From positions 6,076,001 to 6,140,000 of the forward strand of contig NC_043005.1 in NCBI RefSeq assembly GCF_006345805.1: 64,000 nt of DNA. The letters run 5' to 3'. This document shows, in pieces, positions 1 through 13,900 of this stretch. Within the stretch, counting starts at the first letter, position 1. Every line of letters begins with the position of its first letter. Position numbers and translations under genes: made by a program. The notes beneath the pieces are model-generated. The model was not told the DNA's origin, did not search any database, and saw nothing but the letters and a program-made list of their open reading frames with translations. The stretch is from Octopus sinensis. Lineage: Eukaryota.

Positions 1-748
1 TGTAAGATTCAAATAGTTTTCTCTATTTTCCCCTATCCTATAATTGTTGTCCTGTCTCTTGGCATTATGCATATATTATTCTGTTTTTTGCTTCTTGTCT
101 TCATTCCTCACTTCCTAGTATTATATTTATCTTTGAAGTTGTTACTGAAACCACTGAACCCCAGTTCACTAGTTATATTGAGCTGAGGGGCAGATATCAT
201 TCCATAACCTCTGCAACAGCAACAACAGCCCCAAAACCATCTTCTCTGTTTACTTTCTTCCTGTTTCATCACAAACACAAATGGTTTGTTTCTGTATATG
301 TATGTAAGTAGAAAAAATAATAAGCAGACAACAGATGTGCAGATGTGGTATTCAAAGCTTTACAGGACATACACACATTTCAGCCAAATGACAAAGTAAT
401 TACATAACCTCAGTGGAAACATTATGCACTCATACGCTTTATCTTGTCAGTGTTCTGCATGCATGCGTGTGTTTGTGTTTGCATGTGTGTGTGAGCATGT
501 GTGTGTGTGTGCATGTGCACACGCCCTCATTATCATTTTAATTTCCACTTTTCCATGTTGGATCAAACAGAATTTGCTGAGGTATATTTTTTTTACAGTC
601 TGATTCCCTTCTTATGCGGACCCTCACCTATTACTAATCAAGGCAATATTTTCCTCATGGTTGTGTCATTCCAATCCAACCAAGCCTAACCCATCTCTGC
701 CGAGTGACTAATGAATTTGACCTGCAAATTTTTTTTCCATCCTTTTAG

Positions 749-821
749 GACAATTGATCAACCTGACCACCATGAAGATCGACGACAATATGTTGACCTC
801 TCTGCCTGCTTCGGTCGGCAA
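749..821 (+). CDS. lap1: LAP exon (LRR): [24 protein letters not shown]
   Basis: ttttag| acceptor at 748 and |gtaagt donor at 822; LxxLxIxxNxLxxLP LRR consensus. Too short for the ORF track. Confidence 0.9.
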
Positions 822-2029
822 GTAAGTATGCTCTGTTAGTTATTAGTCAATTCATTTGTCTTGGATTTTTATCACACATGTGTCAAAAAGAATAATGCAT
901 TTTCAGCTGTTAACCCTTTTGTGCCGTTATTTCAAATCCTTTCTGAAACGACCCCTAGTTTTACAAAATAATATTCATGTCAAACTGATCTTGATTAAAA
1001 CCTTTCATCAGAATTTCTTGTTAATTTCTAATCACCAGCTTCATCATCATCATCATCATCATCATCGTTTAACGTCCGTTTTCTGTACTAGCATGGGTTT
1101 GACAGTTCGACTGGGGTCTGGGAAGCCAGGAGGCTGCACCAGGCCCCAATCTGATCTGGCAGTGTTTTTACAGCTGGATGCCCTTCCTAACGCCAACCAC
1201 TCCGTGAGTGTAGTGGGTGCTTTTTATGTGCCACTGGCACAGGTGCCAGGGGAGGCTGGTAGCGACCATGATTGGTTGGTGCTTTTTACGTGCCACTGGC
1301 ACAGAAGCCAGTCAAGGCAGCGCTGGCATCGACCACATTTGGATGGTGCTTTTCATGTGCCACCGGCACGGAAGCCACTCAAGGCAGCGCTGGCATCGGC
1401 CATGTTCGGATGGTGATAATGGTAAAATTGTTCTATTGAATTCTTCATTATTTTTAACATGAATTGAAACCAAGGCAATGTATTTCAACAGAAATATGGT
1501 AACAAAAGAGTTAATGAAGTCAGGTCTTTCATTTGGTTTTGAAAGTTTTAAATTTGAGAGGATTTTGTAAAATAAGTGACGTTTATTTTAAGTTGGTGTA
1601 CAGAGTATAACTTCAAGGATCATTACTGATCCTTATTAAATTTAGATATGAAGAATTTAGAACGAGTGGTTTCTGATTCATTGTACCAGAACCAGATTTG
1701 GACTGATTGGCATCAAAAGGATAAAGCATTCACAGTAATCCTTGCATGTAGTGACCCAGTGAATAAGGTGTCAGCATGTCTGCTTATATAAGGTGAAGAG
1801 TTCAAATCCTGTTGGAGTCATATGGCATTTCCTGGACAGGACACTGTTACTCCACTTAATAGCTTTTCTTCCGGCCCTTTATTTTCTGAGTTCAAATGCC
1901 ACCGAGGTCAACTTTGCCTTTCATTCTTTTGGGGTCAGAAAAATAAAGAACCAGTCAAGCACCGTAATCTCTGTAATCAGCTGCCCCCTCCCTCACCAGA
2001 TTTCAGACCTTCTGCCTATAGTAAAAAGA

Positions 2030-2102
<73 letters not shown>

Positions 2103-2379
2103 ACTACTACCACCACCATCACCACTACTGCTACTGCTGCTACATCCACCACTGCCACTAACAACACCACCACCACCCCCACAACTACTACTTCTACAAC
2201 ATTTCCCCTTAATATATATAAAATACGGTTACAGTTTCTTCCATAATTTACAAAATATAATTATACACCTTCCATAATTAAAAAACAAAAAAAACATGTT
2301 AACATTTTTCCCATAATGTAACGTTTGATGTCACTGAACTCCTTACATAGGATAAAACATGCAACTCCTATGTGGGAAG

Positions 2380-2414
<35 letters not shown>

Positions 2415-3281
2415 TATAAAGCGTTCGCTCTGACTGAGCTCTCTTTCTGACACAGTCAGCAGAACTAAATATTGATTTCTGAGACGTACTCAGCCGAAGG
2501 TGAAAGGGTGCAGTTGATTATGTCAGCAACTCTTTATTGCACCTTACTTATTTAATCAACATCAAAGGGAGCCTCTACGTGGTCACTAGAGCTGCTAGAA
2601 ATAACAACCAAATCTCGTTCAAATTACATTTAAAAAAGAGAACGACAGATAATCTAGTCCTACATACACCACCACTACCAACATCATCATTTCTATCATC
2701 ACCACCATCATTGCCACCACTGTGACTATTACTACTTCCACCATCATCATCACCACCTCCACCACCATCATTACTATTGCCAACATTATCATCACCATCA
2801 CACTCACCACCACTACCACCATCATCACCCTTACCACTACCACTATTATCACCACCACCACCAATGCTACCATCTCTACTACTACCACCATCATCACTAC
2901 CACCATCATCATCACCACCACCACTATCATCACCATCACCACTACCACCACCACCACTACCACCATCATCACTACTACCATCACCACTACCACCATTATC
3001 ACCACCACCACTACCACCATCACCACCACCACCATTACTACCATCACCACTACCACCATCACCACTACTACCATCACCACTACCACCACCACCACTACTA
3101 CCATCACCACTACCACCATTATCACCACCACCATCATCACTACTACCATCACCACTACCACCATCATCACTACTACCATCACCACCACCACCACCACTAC
3201 CATCATCACCAACATGTAGCTAAGTATCACATTACATTGGGATTGAAGATTTCTTTACCTAATGTATGTTGCAATTATATT

Positions 3282-3316
<35 letters not shown>

Positions 3317-4260
3317 TATTATTATTATTATTATTATTATAATAAATTGCTTTTAACATTTCTTCTCGTTAAGCCTGTCTTCGTTGTCCGAAATAAATGT
3401 CAGCATCAACGACCTTGAGGACATTCCATCAACCATCGGTCTACTAAGGAACCTCCGAACTATGTATGCTGATGAGAACTTTCTCAAGAAAATACCCCCA
3501 GAGGTAAATGACAACAACTCTACTCTCTCCCTCTCCCCCTCTCTGTCTCTCTTTCTCTCTCTCTCTGTCCCCCTCTCTCTGTCCCCCCTTTCCCCCCTCC
3601 TTCTCACTCTCAGATGAAGGGAAAATCCCTGAAACATGATTCTTCACTGTTCATAGCCCGTGAACTTACCAAACTTTTCCAGTTCTGTTATTCCACCTAT
3701 GAATAAACTGTGACCATCACTGACCACTGTTTTCCACACACTCCAGCCATTACTCTCTCAATAGCACATTCTCTGTAAGAACTACAGTGATTAGCTTTCA
3801 TAATAATAGAAATGGTTTCAAATTTTGCCACAAGGGCAGCCATTTTGAGGGAAGGGGTTAAGTTGATTACATTGACCCCAGTGTATCACTGGTACTTGAT
3901 TTATCGACCCCGAAAGGATGAAAGGCAAAGTTCACCTCAGCAGATTTTGAACTCAGAACGTAGCGACAGGCAAAATACCGTTAAGCATTTCATCCAGCAT
4001 GCTAACGGTTCTGCCAGTTCACCACCACCACCACACCACCACCACCACCACCACCATAATAATAATAATAATAATGATAATAATGATAATAATAATAATA
4101 ATAATTCTTCCTAATTTTGGCACAAGGCCAGCAATTTCGGGGGAAGTGGGTCAGTTGATTACATCAACCCCAGTGCTCAATTGGTACTTATTTTATCGAC
4201 CTTAAAAAGACGAATGGCAAAGTGGACCTTGATGGCATTTGAATAATAATAATAATAATA

Positions 4261-4317
<57 letters not shown>

Positions 4318-5059
4318 GCTGTGTGGTTAAGAAGTTTGCTTCACAATCACTTAAATCCAAGTTCAATCCCACTTGCTGGTAAATGTTTTCTACCTTAACT
4401 TTGGGTGGAAACAATCCTCTGTTAAAGAGACTGGGTCGACAGAATCTATGAGGAATGTCATTGAGTGGACCGTTCCTATTTTGGGGCTTGTGGACTTGAT
4501 CCCTCATCTGGTTGAATACCATCCATTAGCTTTCCTTGACTACCTTTAACAGAGTTCATTCTTTGGCAAATCTTTAGACCAGATTTCCCGTCTCAGAAAT
4601 TTCAAGATTTATCTCCCTCCCTTCCAGCAGGTTCGATGGTTGTTTAAAAAGGTCATGAGCAAAAAATTAAATTGAAATTGAGCTAATTAATAATTATCCA
4701 AGTGATTAATCCAGTTTCTGCTGAAATACATGGTCGTTTAAAAATAATGAAGAATTTATTAAAATCACTTTGTTTATTATTGATCTTCGTGACCTTTTGG
4801 TTAAGATCAGAGAGCAGTAATTGTTCTGACCAGCTTAATCTCTGGTTTGGTCTCTATTTGGTGTCATTGATATTAAATTCAAATAAATAAATAAGTAGGC
4901 ACAGGAGTGGCTCTACGGTAACATACTTGCTTCCCAACCACACGGTTCTGGGTTCAGTCCTATTGTGTGGTGCCTTGCACAAGTGTCTTCTATAGCCTCG
5001 GGCCAACCAAAACCTTGTGAATGGATTTGGTAGATGGAAACTGAAAGAAACCTGTCGTA

Positions 5060-5104
<45 letters not shown>

Positions 5105-7347
5105 ATGTATATATTTGTGTGTATGTGATTGTCTTCCCCACCATCTCTTGACAACCAACATCGATTTATATCCCCGTAATTTAGCAGTTCAGCAAAAGAG
5201 ACTGATAGAATAAGTTCTAGGCTTACAAAGAATAAGTTCTGGGGTCAATTTGTTTGACTAAAGGTGGTGCTCCAGCATGGCCGCAGTCAAATGACTGAAA
5301 CAAGTAAAGGAATAAAAAAAATAATGTAATTTATTAAGTTGTTGAAGTTTTGATTTAGATCTCTTTAAACTGGAAAGTTTCAAAAGTTCTCAATCAATTT
5401 TTGCTTATGGGGCCCCTTTGACCCCTTTTTGTTCTCTACTGGACTTCCATGTTTAAAACTTTGCGTATTGTAGGAATATAACCATTTCCTTGTTCCTAAA
5501 CTTTAACAACAAAATCCTGTATGGACCCTCAAGATCCATATGGAATCCTGGATGAGAACCACTGGTTTATATCATAGAACCAGGGTCAGTCTCAGATGGT
5601 TGGCATCAAAGAGGTTAGTGGAAGAAGTTTGTATCCTAGAGCCAGGAGTGATCGTATATTACTATCAAAAGGTTTAATGCAAAAGAGTGTATCTCGCAGG
5701 TATAGGTTTGTTTCCTGGTTGGAATGTCTTTGGTAGGAACACAGTGGCGTATCAGTAACAGGATATGAACTGTTGACCTTTAGGATGGTATCTGAACCCT
5801 TTGTTGCTTCAACCAGCTGCCATTCTTTAGCTGAAGATTTTTCATTAATATTGTTTCACATCTCCTTCTCTTTTAATTGATTCCAACAAATATGTTATGA
5901 ATTCTGGATTTCCTGTATTTTCAATGTCTTTTATTACAGATTGGTAGCTGTAACGGTATAACGGTGCTGTCTTTGAGAAGTAATAAGTTGAGGTACATTC
6001 CTGACGAGATTGGTCGCATTCCTCATTTACGGGTTCTGAATCTCAGTGATAATCAGCTGAAACATCTTCCCTTCAGCATTGTTAAACTAAAGGAATTACA
6101 AGCTCTGTGGCTCACAGAGAACCAGGTTAGTGCCAGAATTTTGCTTAACTCTGCAGGGACTCAAAAGAACTGTACTAGTTTTTTAGTTATTTCTCAGAGC
6201 ATCCCATAGGATTAGAGTAAATATTATGGTGCTGTGACTTATTGAGTGTGGAGTGTGTATTTTATATGAGAATGACTTTATATAACATGTACGTACATAC
6301 AAGCATATTCATATGAATCGGTGAACGTTTATATTTTCTATGTTGCTATAATTATATATCCATGTGTGTGTGTTTTTGTGTTGTTGCTTTTATATGTTTC
6401 TGTAGAGATTTTTATATTTTATTGATGCATTAATTTATGTCCATATATGGGAGTTACTTGGTGACCTTACTAATACTGGTGCCCTCCCTGCCAAAGCACC
6501 CAGTACATACTGTAAGTGGTTAGTGTAAGAAATGGAATCAAGGCATAGAAACGATTCTAAAGCAAACATTGGAACAAGGTGCAATCTTCTAGCATGGAAG
6601 ATGGTTTTATATATGTATATATATCCTTTTGAGTGGACCTCACTAAGGTGAGGTGGCTGAGTTCCTTTTAAGCATTGGCCCTCATGGAGGCAAAGTGGCC
6701 GAGCTCCTGGGTCACATGGAGGTAAAGTGTCTGAGTTCCTTTCGAGAGGGGCCTCACGGAGGTGATGTGGCCAAGCTCCTTTCGAGTGTTGGGCCTCACA
6801 GTAGCAATGACCAAGGCCTTTGGCATTATGTCATGCTTGAGAAGAAGACCCATCAAACCGAGCAAAATTACAGTCGTGGCAGATACCAGTGTCATGCAAA
6901 TTGGCACCCATGCCAGTGGCACATAAAAGCACCCATTATACTCTTGGAGTGGTTGGTGTTAGGAAAGGCATCCAAACATAGAAAACCATGCCAAATCAGA
7001 CTGAATCCTGGCGCAGCCTTCCAACGTGCCAGCCCAGTCAAACTGTTCAACCCATGCCAGCATGGACAACAAACATTAAATGATAATGATGATGATGATG
7101 ATATATTCTTGTGTGTGCATATATGTATTGTATGCATATATATACATATGTATGTGTTTGGACATGCATAAGTGTGTGCATTTGGAGATGTGGCTGTGTG
7201 GTTAGAAGTTTGCTTCCCAACCACATTGTTCTGGGTTCAGTCCCATTGCATGGCACCTTGGGCAAATGTTTTCTACTATAGCCTCAGACCGACCAAAGCC
7301 TTGCGAGTGGATTTGTTAGAAGGAAACTGAAAGAAGCACATCATATA

Positions 7348-7402
<55 letters not shown>

Positions 7403-7632
7403 CATATATATATGTATGTATGTATTTGTGTGTCTGTGTTTGTTTCTCTCCCCCCCACCCTCGCTTGACAACTGATGTTGGTGTGTTTATGTCCCCGTAA
7501 CTTAACAGCTCGGCAAAAGAGACCGATAGAATAAGTACTGGGCTTACAAAGAATAAGTCCTGGGGTCGATTTGCTCGACTAAAGGTGGTGCTTCAGCATG
7601 GCCACAGTCAAATGACTGAAACAAGTAAAAGA

Positions 7633-7711
<79 letters not shown>

Positions 7712-9267
7712 GCCAGCGGGGTGGCGTTATTCAAAGGCTAAAACAATGCGAATGCATTGTGACCAGCGATGTGTAACAACATCTGATGGTCTGGTTGGTC
7801 ACGTGATGATGATATATATATATTAAATATATATATATTATATTAAATTAGAGATAAAACCACTATTAGGCAAATCATACAATGAAAAACTCAAGCCAAT
7901 ACATAAGATTAATTAATTTATATTATTTTAAATATATATCAAAATTATTAAAAGAAGATAGTATTATAGTCATCATCATCATCATCATCATCATTGAACG
8001 TCCTAGTTTATTAACTGATGAAGATCAACAAACATGATGAAAGAACTCAATATTAGAAAGTAGAGTCAAATTGATGACAGAAATCGGTTGAGGGTGACTT
8101 GAAGCTTTAACTGTTTCTGTTCAAACTCTCTTGAGACAAGGGAAACCTTAGATTCAATGTCAACCCCACCTCTCTTCTCTCTCATGCACACACACGCATA
8201 CACACACACACACACACACACATACCTACATACATACATCTCCATATGAGATTCTTATGTGAATAGATGCATACACTTGAGTGTATGCATCGACAGTTCA
8301 AGCAACATCCCAACTCAACCTCATATTTTACACACACCAGGAACTCTCTTCACTCGAAAAGTGTTGTTGCTTTGTTAGCAATCAGCTTGAACTCTCTGAA
8401 GAAGAACTTTAACTAAACTCAAAGAAAAATATATGTGCATGTGTGTGTGTGTGTGTGTATACAGTAAGTATTGTGCGAATGTGTGTATGTAAATAAGTGA
8501 CATGTGTAAATAATTACTGTCTGTTAAAAATTCTAAAAAAATCTTTTTTTATTTTTCCCTTCATCTTTCTATTTCAGACAAGGCCACTGGTTCAGTTACA
8601 GTCAGACAAGGACCCCAAAACAGGTCGTAAGATCTTGACATGTTATCTGTTTCCACAGAGATCAGAGAAGAACCAAGGTTAGTTGTGGTTTCAGAAAGGA
8701 AATGATTCTTTTCTTGTGTTCTTTGATGTTTGTAAAACGAGAATATTGCAATGGCTTCTCAATGTTCTGGAAGATAAAAAAGCTTTTAAAAAATGGGAAA
8801 TGGTTTTTACACACAAATCTTTAGTCTCAATGGTCCCTTTATTCTTTAACCCTACCATGATTCTGCTACACTACTTAGAGGGTTTCTCTTAAATGGCAAC
8901 ATCCAAGGTTAGCAAAATTGATGATGGGGTCAGGAGGAGATGAAGAAGGTAGGGAACACAGCATCAGCTTACCAATTCTGTATTGTAAGACTGGGATTTG
9001 GGGACAACTGATGAGAATTCATAGAATTCTTGAAATTTGGAATAACTTATTTTTTATCTTTTGTCTTTTACTGGTGTCATTCTTTAGACTGCGGCCATGC
9101 TGGGGCACTGCCTTGAAGAATTTTTAGTTGAATGAATCGATCCCAGTACTTATAAGTGTGGCTGTGGGGTTAAAAAAGTTAGCTTTCTAACCACATGCTT
9201 TCAGGTTCAATCCCTTGGATCAACCAAAGCTTTGTTAGATTTGGTAAACAGAAACTGAAAGAAGCCT

Positions 9268-9301
<34 letters not shown>

Positions 9302-9663
9302 CAAGTGTGTTAGTGCCTCCTTGTCTTGACTTTGTGTCACACTTGTAAATGAGTGCCACCGTCATACAAGCGATGTCCTTTGCTTTCAGTCTTCCACAAA
9401 AACATGTCCGCTCATGGGGAAATATTACTTTACTCTTTTACTCTTTTACTTGTTTTAGTCATGTGACTGTGGCCATGCTGGAGCACCACCTTTAGTCGAG
9501 CAAATCGACTCCAGAACTTATTCTTTGTAAGCCTAGTACTTATTCTATCGGTCTCTTTTGCTGAACCGCTAAGTTACGGAGACGTAAACACACCAGCATC
9601 AGTTGTCAAGTGATGTTGTGGGGACAAATACAGACACACAAACATATATACACACACACACAG

Positions 9664-9701
<38 letters not shown>

Positions 9702-10909
9702 GACGGGCTTCTTTCAGTTTTCGTCTACCAAATCCACTCACAATGCTTTGGTTGGCCCAAAGCTATAGTAGAGGACACTTGCCCAAGGTGCCATTCAGTG
9801 GGACTGAACCCAGAACCATGTGGTTCATAAGCAAGCTAGTTACCACACAGCCACTCCTACACCTACACAGCCACTCCTACATGATTGGAAATAGGTGAGG
9901 TTTGACAACAGGAAGGGCATTCAGCCGTAGAAAATCTGTCAACAAATTCCATCCATGCAAGCATGGAAAAGTGAATGTTAAAACAATGTTGAGAAAGTTA
10001 GTACTAACCCCCAAACTTTATCCTTTTGACAAGTGTTTAGTTGTAAAGCCCTCAATCCGGTCACTATTTAAACAGTTTTTAAAAATTCTATTCAGAAGTG
10101 AAAATATCTTTCAAAATTTCTCATTTCTCCTTCCTTTTCTAGATTCTTCTAATGATGCAGCAAGCTTCCATGCTTCACTCTGGGAAGAGGAACGATTGCG
10201 ACGGCAACAGATTCACTTTGCTGTTGGAGATGACAAAGATGAGGATGTAAGTGTTTTTACTCATGATGTTGATATTTGAGGTTTGAATCCTGACATTAGA
10301 ATGCTTTAGTGGTGACACAACTCACCTCACTGCTTTGCCCAGTTAACCACCAACTAATTCTTGGATATTATTCAACAAAATATTTAGATCCTGTTTCCTG
10401 TCTCTGAGGGTTATTTAATATCTCAATAAGCTGCCCCCCCCCAGCTGGAGCAACCACGAATCATTATTGTTTTCGTCTTCCTTAATCTCTTGCCAATCTT
10501 GTAGATTCTGCAAATGGTCATATGTGTGTGAGTGTAGATATATAGCTGTACTTGATGCATATATGTGTATATATAATAGGTATGTGTTTGTATATGTACA
10601 TACATATGTGTTTTTTATGTATCCATCCATCCATCCATCTGTCATTGTCATTACCCTCGTCCTATTAACATCAATTTTCTATGATATGGAATTTGTGTAG
10701 GTAGATTTATTACAGCCAGATGCCCTTTCTATGGGCAACTGTCACCTGTTTCCAAGCAAGGTATATTTCCCTGTGGCTGGAGATATTTTCACAGAAGATT
10801 AGAAACAAAAGAGGTTGCCAGCATGTGAGTGATACACATTTACATCTGTGACATGATGGCAAGACTAACATTACTCATACACACACACATGCACACAAAC
10901 ACACACACA

Positions 10910-10956
<47 letters not shown>

Positions 10957-13900
10957 GATAATGGTTAATGTCAGGAAGGGCAGCCAACAGTAAAACAATA
11001 CTTTTCTCCATTTTCCCACTCTCGCTACATTGTGAAAGAAGCAGGAAAGGAAACGGAGTGTTCTGGTCCCTAGGAAGACCTTACAGACTTAAGACCTTAG
11101 AAATATTTTCTAATTTCACTTGTTGGTCACCACTAAAGATTTCGTATTTCTAAGAGAATATACTGGAATGGTAGTTTTGCCATGTCTTCTTGAGACTTAC
11201 TGGAAGCGTTTAGCAGATCCGTAAAATTTAACAATGTACCTCACTAATTCAGTTGCTGTAGTCATTGAGAGTGGGTGCTTGTGGTAGTGAAATGTTTGTT
11301 GTTTATTCCAAAAGAATAAAACCATGAATGGATGTGGTGTTGTGTTTCAGGGCAAACTCAGTCGCTGTCCAACACCTTATCCTAAAGAAATGAAGGAGAA
11401 GAAAAGACATGTCCAGAATATGATGACTCACCAACAAATGGCTGCCAATGGACATGAAAACAGAGGCTTTGAACAAGAGGTATGTTCTTGCAGACCCTAT
11501 TTTTACAGGATTCCATAGATAAACTTGCTCAAAGGTTTTGGGTAAACAAATTTGTTACATCTTGTTTTCCGGTTATGGAGGTTTTCTGTTACAGTGTAAA
11601 GTGACCAAAAAATTTGGTGCAAATATTTTGCTTGTTTATAGTAAAACTGACCATGGTAATGAAGGATTTAGCAAGCATAGCAAAACTGACCATCAAAAGT
11701 TGTGAGGATGGCTTTACATATTCAGTAAAACTGACCATCAAAAGTTGTTAGGATGGCTTTACATATTCAGTAAAACTGACCATCAAAAGTTGTTAGGATG
11801 GCTTTACATATTCAGTAAAACTGACCATCAAAAGTTGTTAGGATGGCTTTACATATTCAGTAAAACTGACCATCAAAAGTTGTTAGGATGGCTTTACATA
11901 TTCAGTAAAACTGACCATCAAAAGTTGTTAGGATGGCTTTACATATTCAGTAAAACTGACCATCAAAAGTTGTTAGGATGGCTTTACATATTCAGTAAAA
12001 CTGACCATCAAAAGTTGTGAGGATGGCTTTACATATTCAGTAAAACTGACCATCAAAAGTTGTTAGGATGGCTTTACATATTCAGTAAAACTGACCATCA
12101 AAAGTTGTTAGGATGGCTTTACATATTCAGTAAAACTGACCATCAAAAGTTGTTAGGATGGCTTTACATATTCAGTAAAACTGACCATCAAAAGTTGTTA
12201 GGATGGCTTTACATATCAGTAAAACTGACCATCAAAAGTTGTTAGGATGGCTTTACATATTCAGTAAAACTGACCATCAAAAGTTGTTAGGATGGCTTTA
12301 CATATTCAGTAAAACTGACCATCAAAAGTTGTGAGGATGGCTTTACATATTCAGTAAAACTGACCATCAAAAGTTGTTAGGATGGCTTTACATATTCAGT
12401 AAAACTGACCATCAAAAGTTGTTAGGATGGCTTTACATATTCAGTAAAACTGACCATCAAAAGTTGTTAGGATGGCTTTACATATTCAGTAAAACTGACC
12501 ATCAAAAGTTGTTAGGATGGCTTTACATATTCAGTAAAACTGACCATCAAAAGTTGTTAGGATGGCTTTACATATTCAGTAAAACTGACCATCAAAAGTT
12601 GTTAGGATGGCTTTACATATTCAGTAAAACTGACCATCAAAAGTTGTTAGGATGGCTTTACATATTCAGTAAAACTGACCATCAAAAGTTGTTAGGATGG
12701 CTTTACATATTCAGTAAAACTGACCATCAAAAGTTGTTAGGATGGCTTTACATATTCAGTAAAACTGACCATCAAAAGTTGTTAGGATGGCTTTACATAT
12801 TCAGTAAAACTGACCATCAAAAGTTGTTAGGATGGCTTTACATATTCAGTAAAACTGACCATCAAAAGTTGTTAGGATGGCTTTACATATTCAGTAAAAC
12901 TGACCATCAAAAGTTGTGAGGATGGCTTTACATATTCAGTAAAACTGACCAACAGAAATTGTGATGGCAGATTTAGCTACAGCAATGAATGACGATTTGA
13001 CTTGGATTCTTTACTTCTTTTGATAAGAAAGGCTGATGGAGATCTCATTCCTCTTTGGAAACTTCCAGCCAGGTGGAGATATTTCATGTTGTTACATCAC
13101 ATGTTTTGGTCAAGTGTAACACCTAGGGCTTTTTATGTTTTATTTAATTTTGGTAATTGTGTTTAACCTTTTAGCATTTAAAGTGACCATGTCCAGCTCA
13201 AACATTCTGCCTGTTTTATGTCCAAACGGGTCAGATCTGGTCTCTCATACCTACCTTACAATGTTATTCTAATTATATACAATCACATCATTGAAATCTC
13301 AAAGCTTTGAGATTATGCATGGTTAATTCAAAACAATGGGATTAAATATGCATTACATTAGACAGAGTAATCTGAGTGCTAAAGGGTTGATCTTTGTCCT
13401 CGACTTTACAGGTTTGTGAGGAACCATGCATGAGAAGAGTTTTTCAGCAACACTGTGCTGTTCCTTTTTAGATTCTTCAATGCAAACAACAGACATTCAA
13501 CAGGGGGGTGAGGAGGGGGGGGGCTGTGAGCATTTTACTAATGTTTGTTTGTTTGTCTTTTCAAATGTTTAGTTTTTATTGTCTGACTTTTATTTGTTTA
13601 TTCGAAAAAGGATAAAAAGCTAAACAGAAACAATCATTTGAGAAGTGATCAAAAGTCTTTGAAACCTTTGGATGAAAAAAAGGCAGGTTCTGTGTCTGAA
13701 CTACGTTCTGGTTCTGTTGAGAACGTTTCTGCTGGTAAAAGACACTTTCTTACTTCTAATGTTGTGTGCGTGCGTGCGTGCGTGTGTGTTAACTGTTATT
13801 ATACAGTTTACTGTTATGGTCCAGTTAACTTTTATATAGTGTTACGATATAATTTTCTCTTTTTGATTAAGCTTGTGGTGAAATGGTAAAGGTGTGAGGA

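Noticed and set aside
2619-3230. Mucin-like poly-Thr, poly-Pro and poly-Val ORFs
   Set aside because: All arise from one trinucleotide mosaic with no splice context, inside an intron whose flanking phases already match.
4913-5161. Recurrent small ORFs ending ...GLNPEPCGS / ...LLTTQPLL (also 9603, 23443, 27311, 29158, 31177)
   Set aside because: They are antisense or sense readings of the same SINE family, not a gene family.
11640-12950. CRISPR-like array or repeat-protein gene ([15 protein letters not shown])n
   Set aside because: The units are contiguous with no unique spacers and no cas genes. The ORFs are broken by TGA variants and a 1-bp deletion, and the array is intronic.
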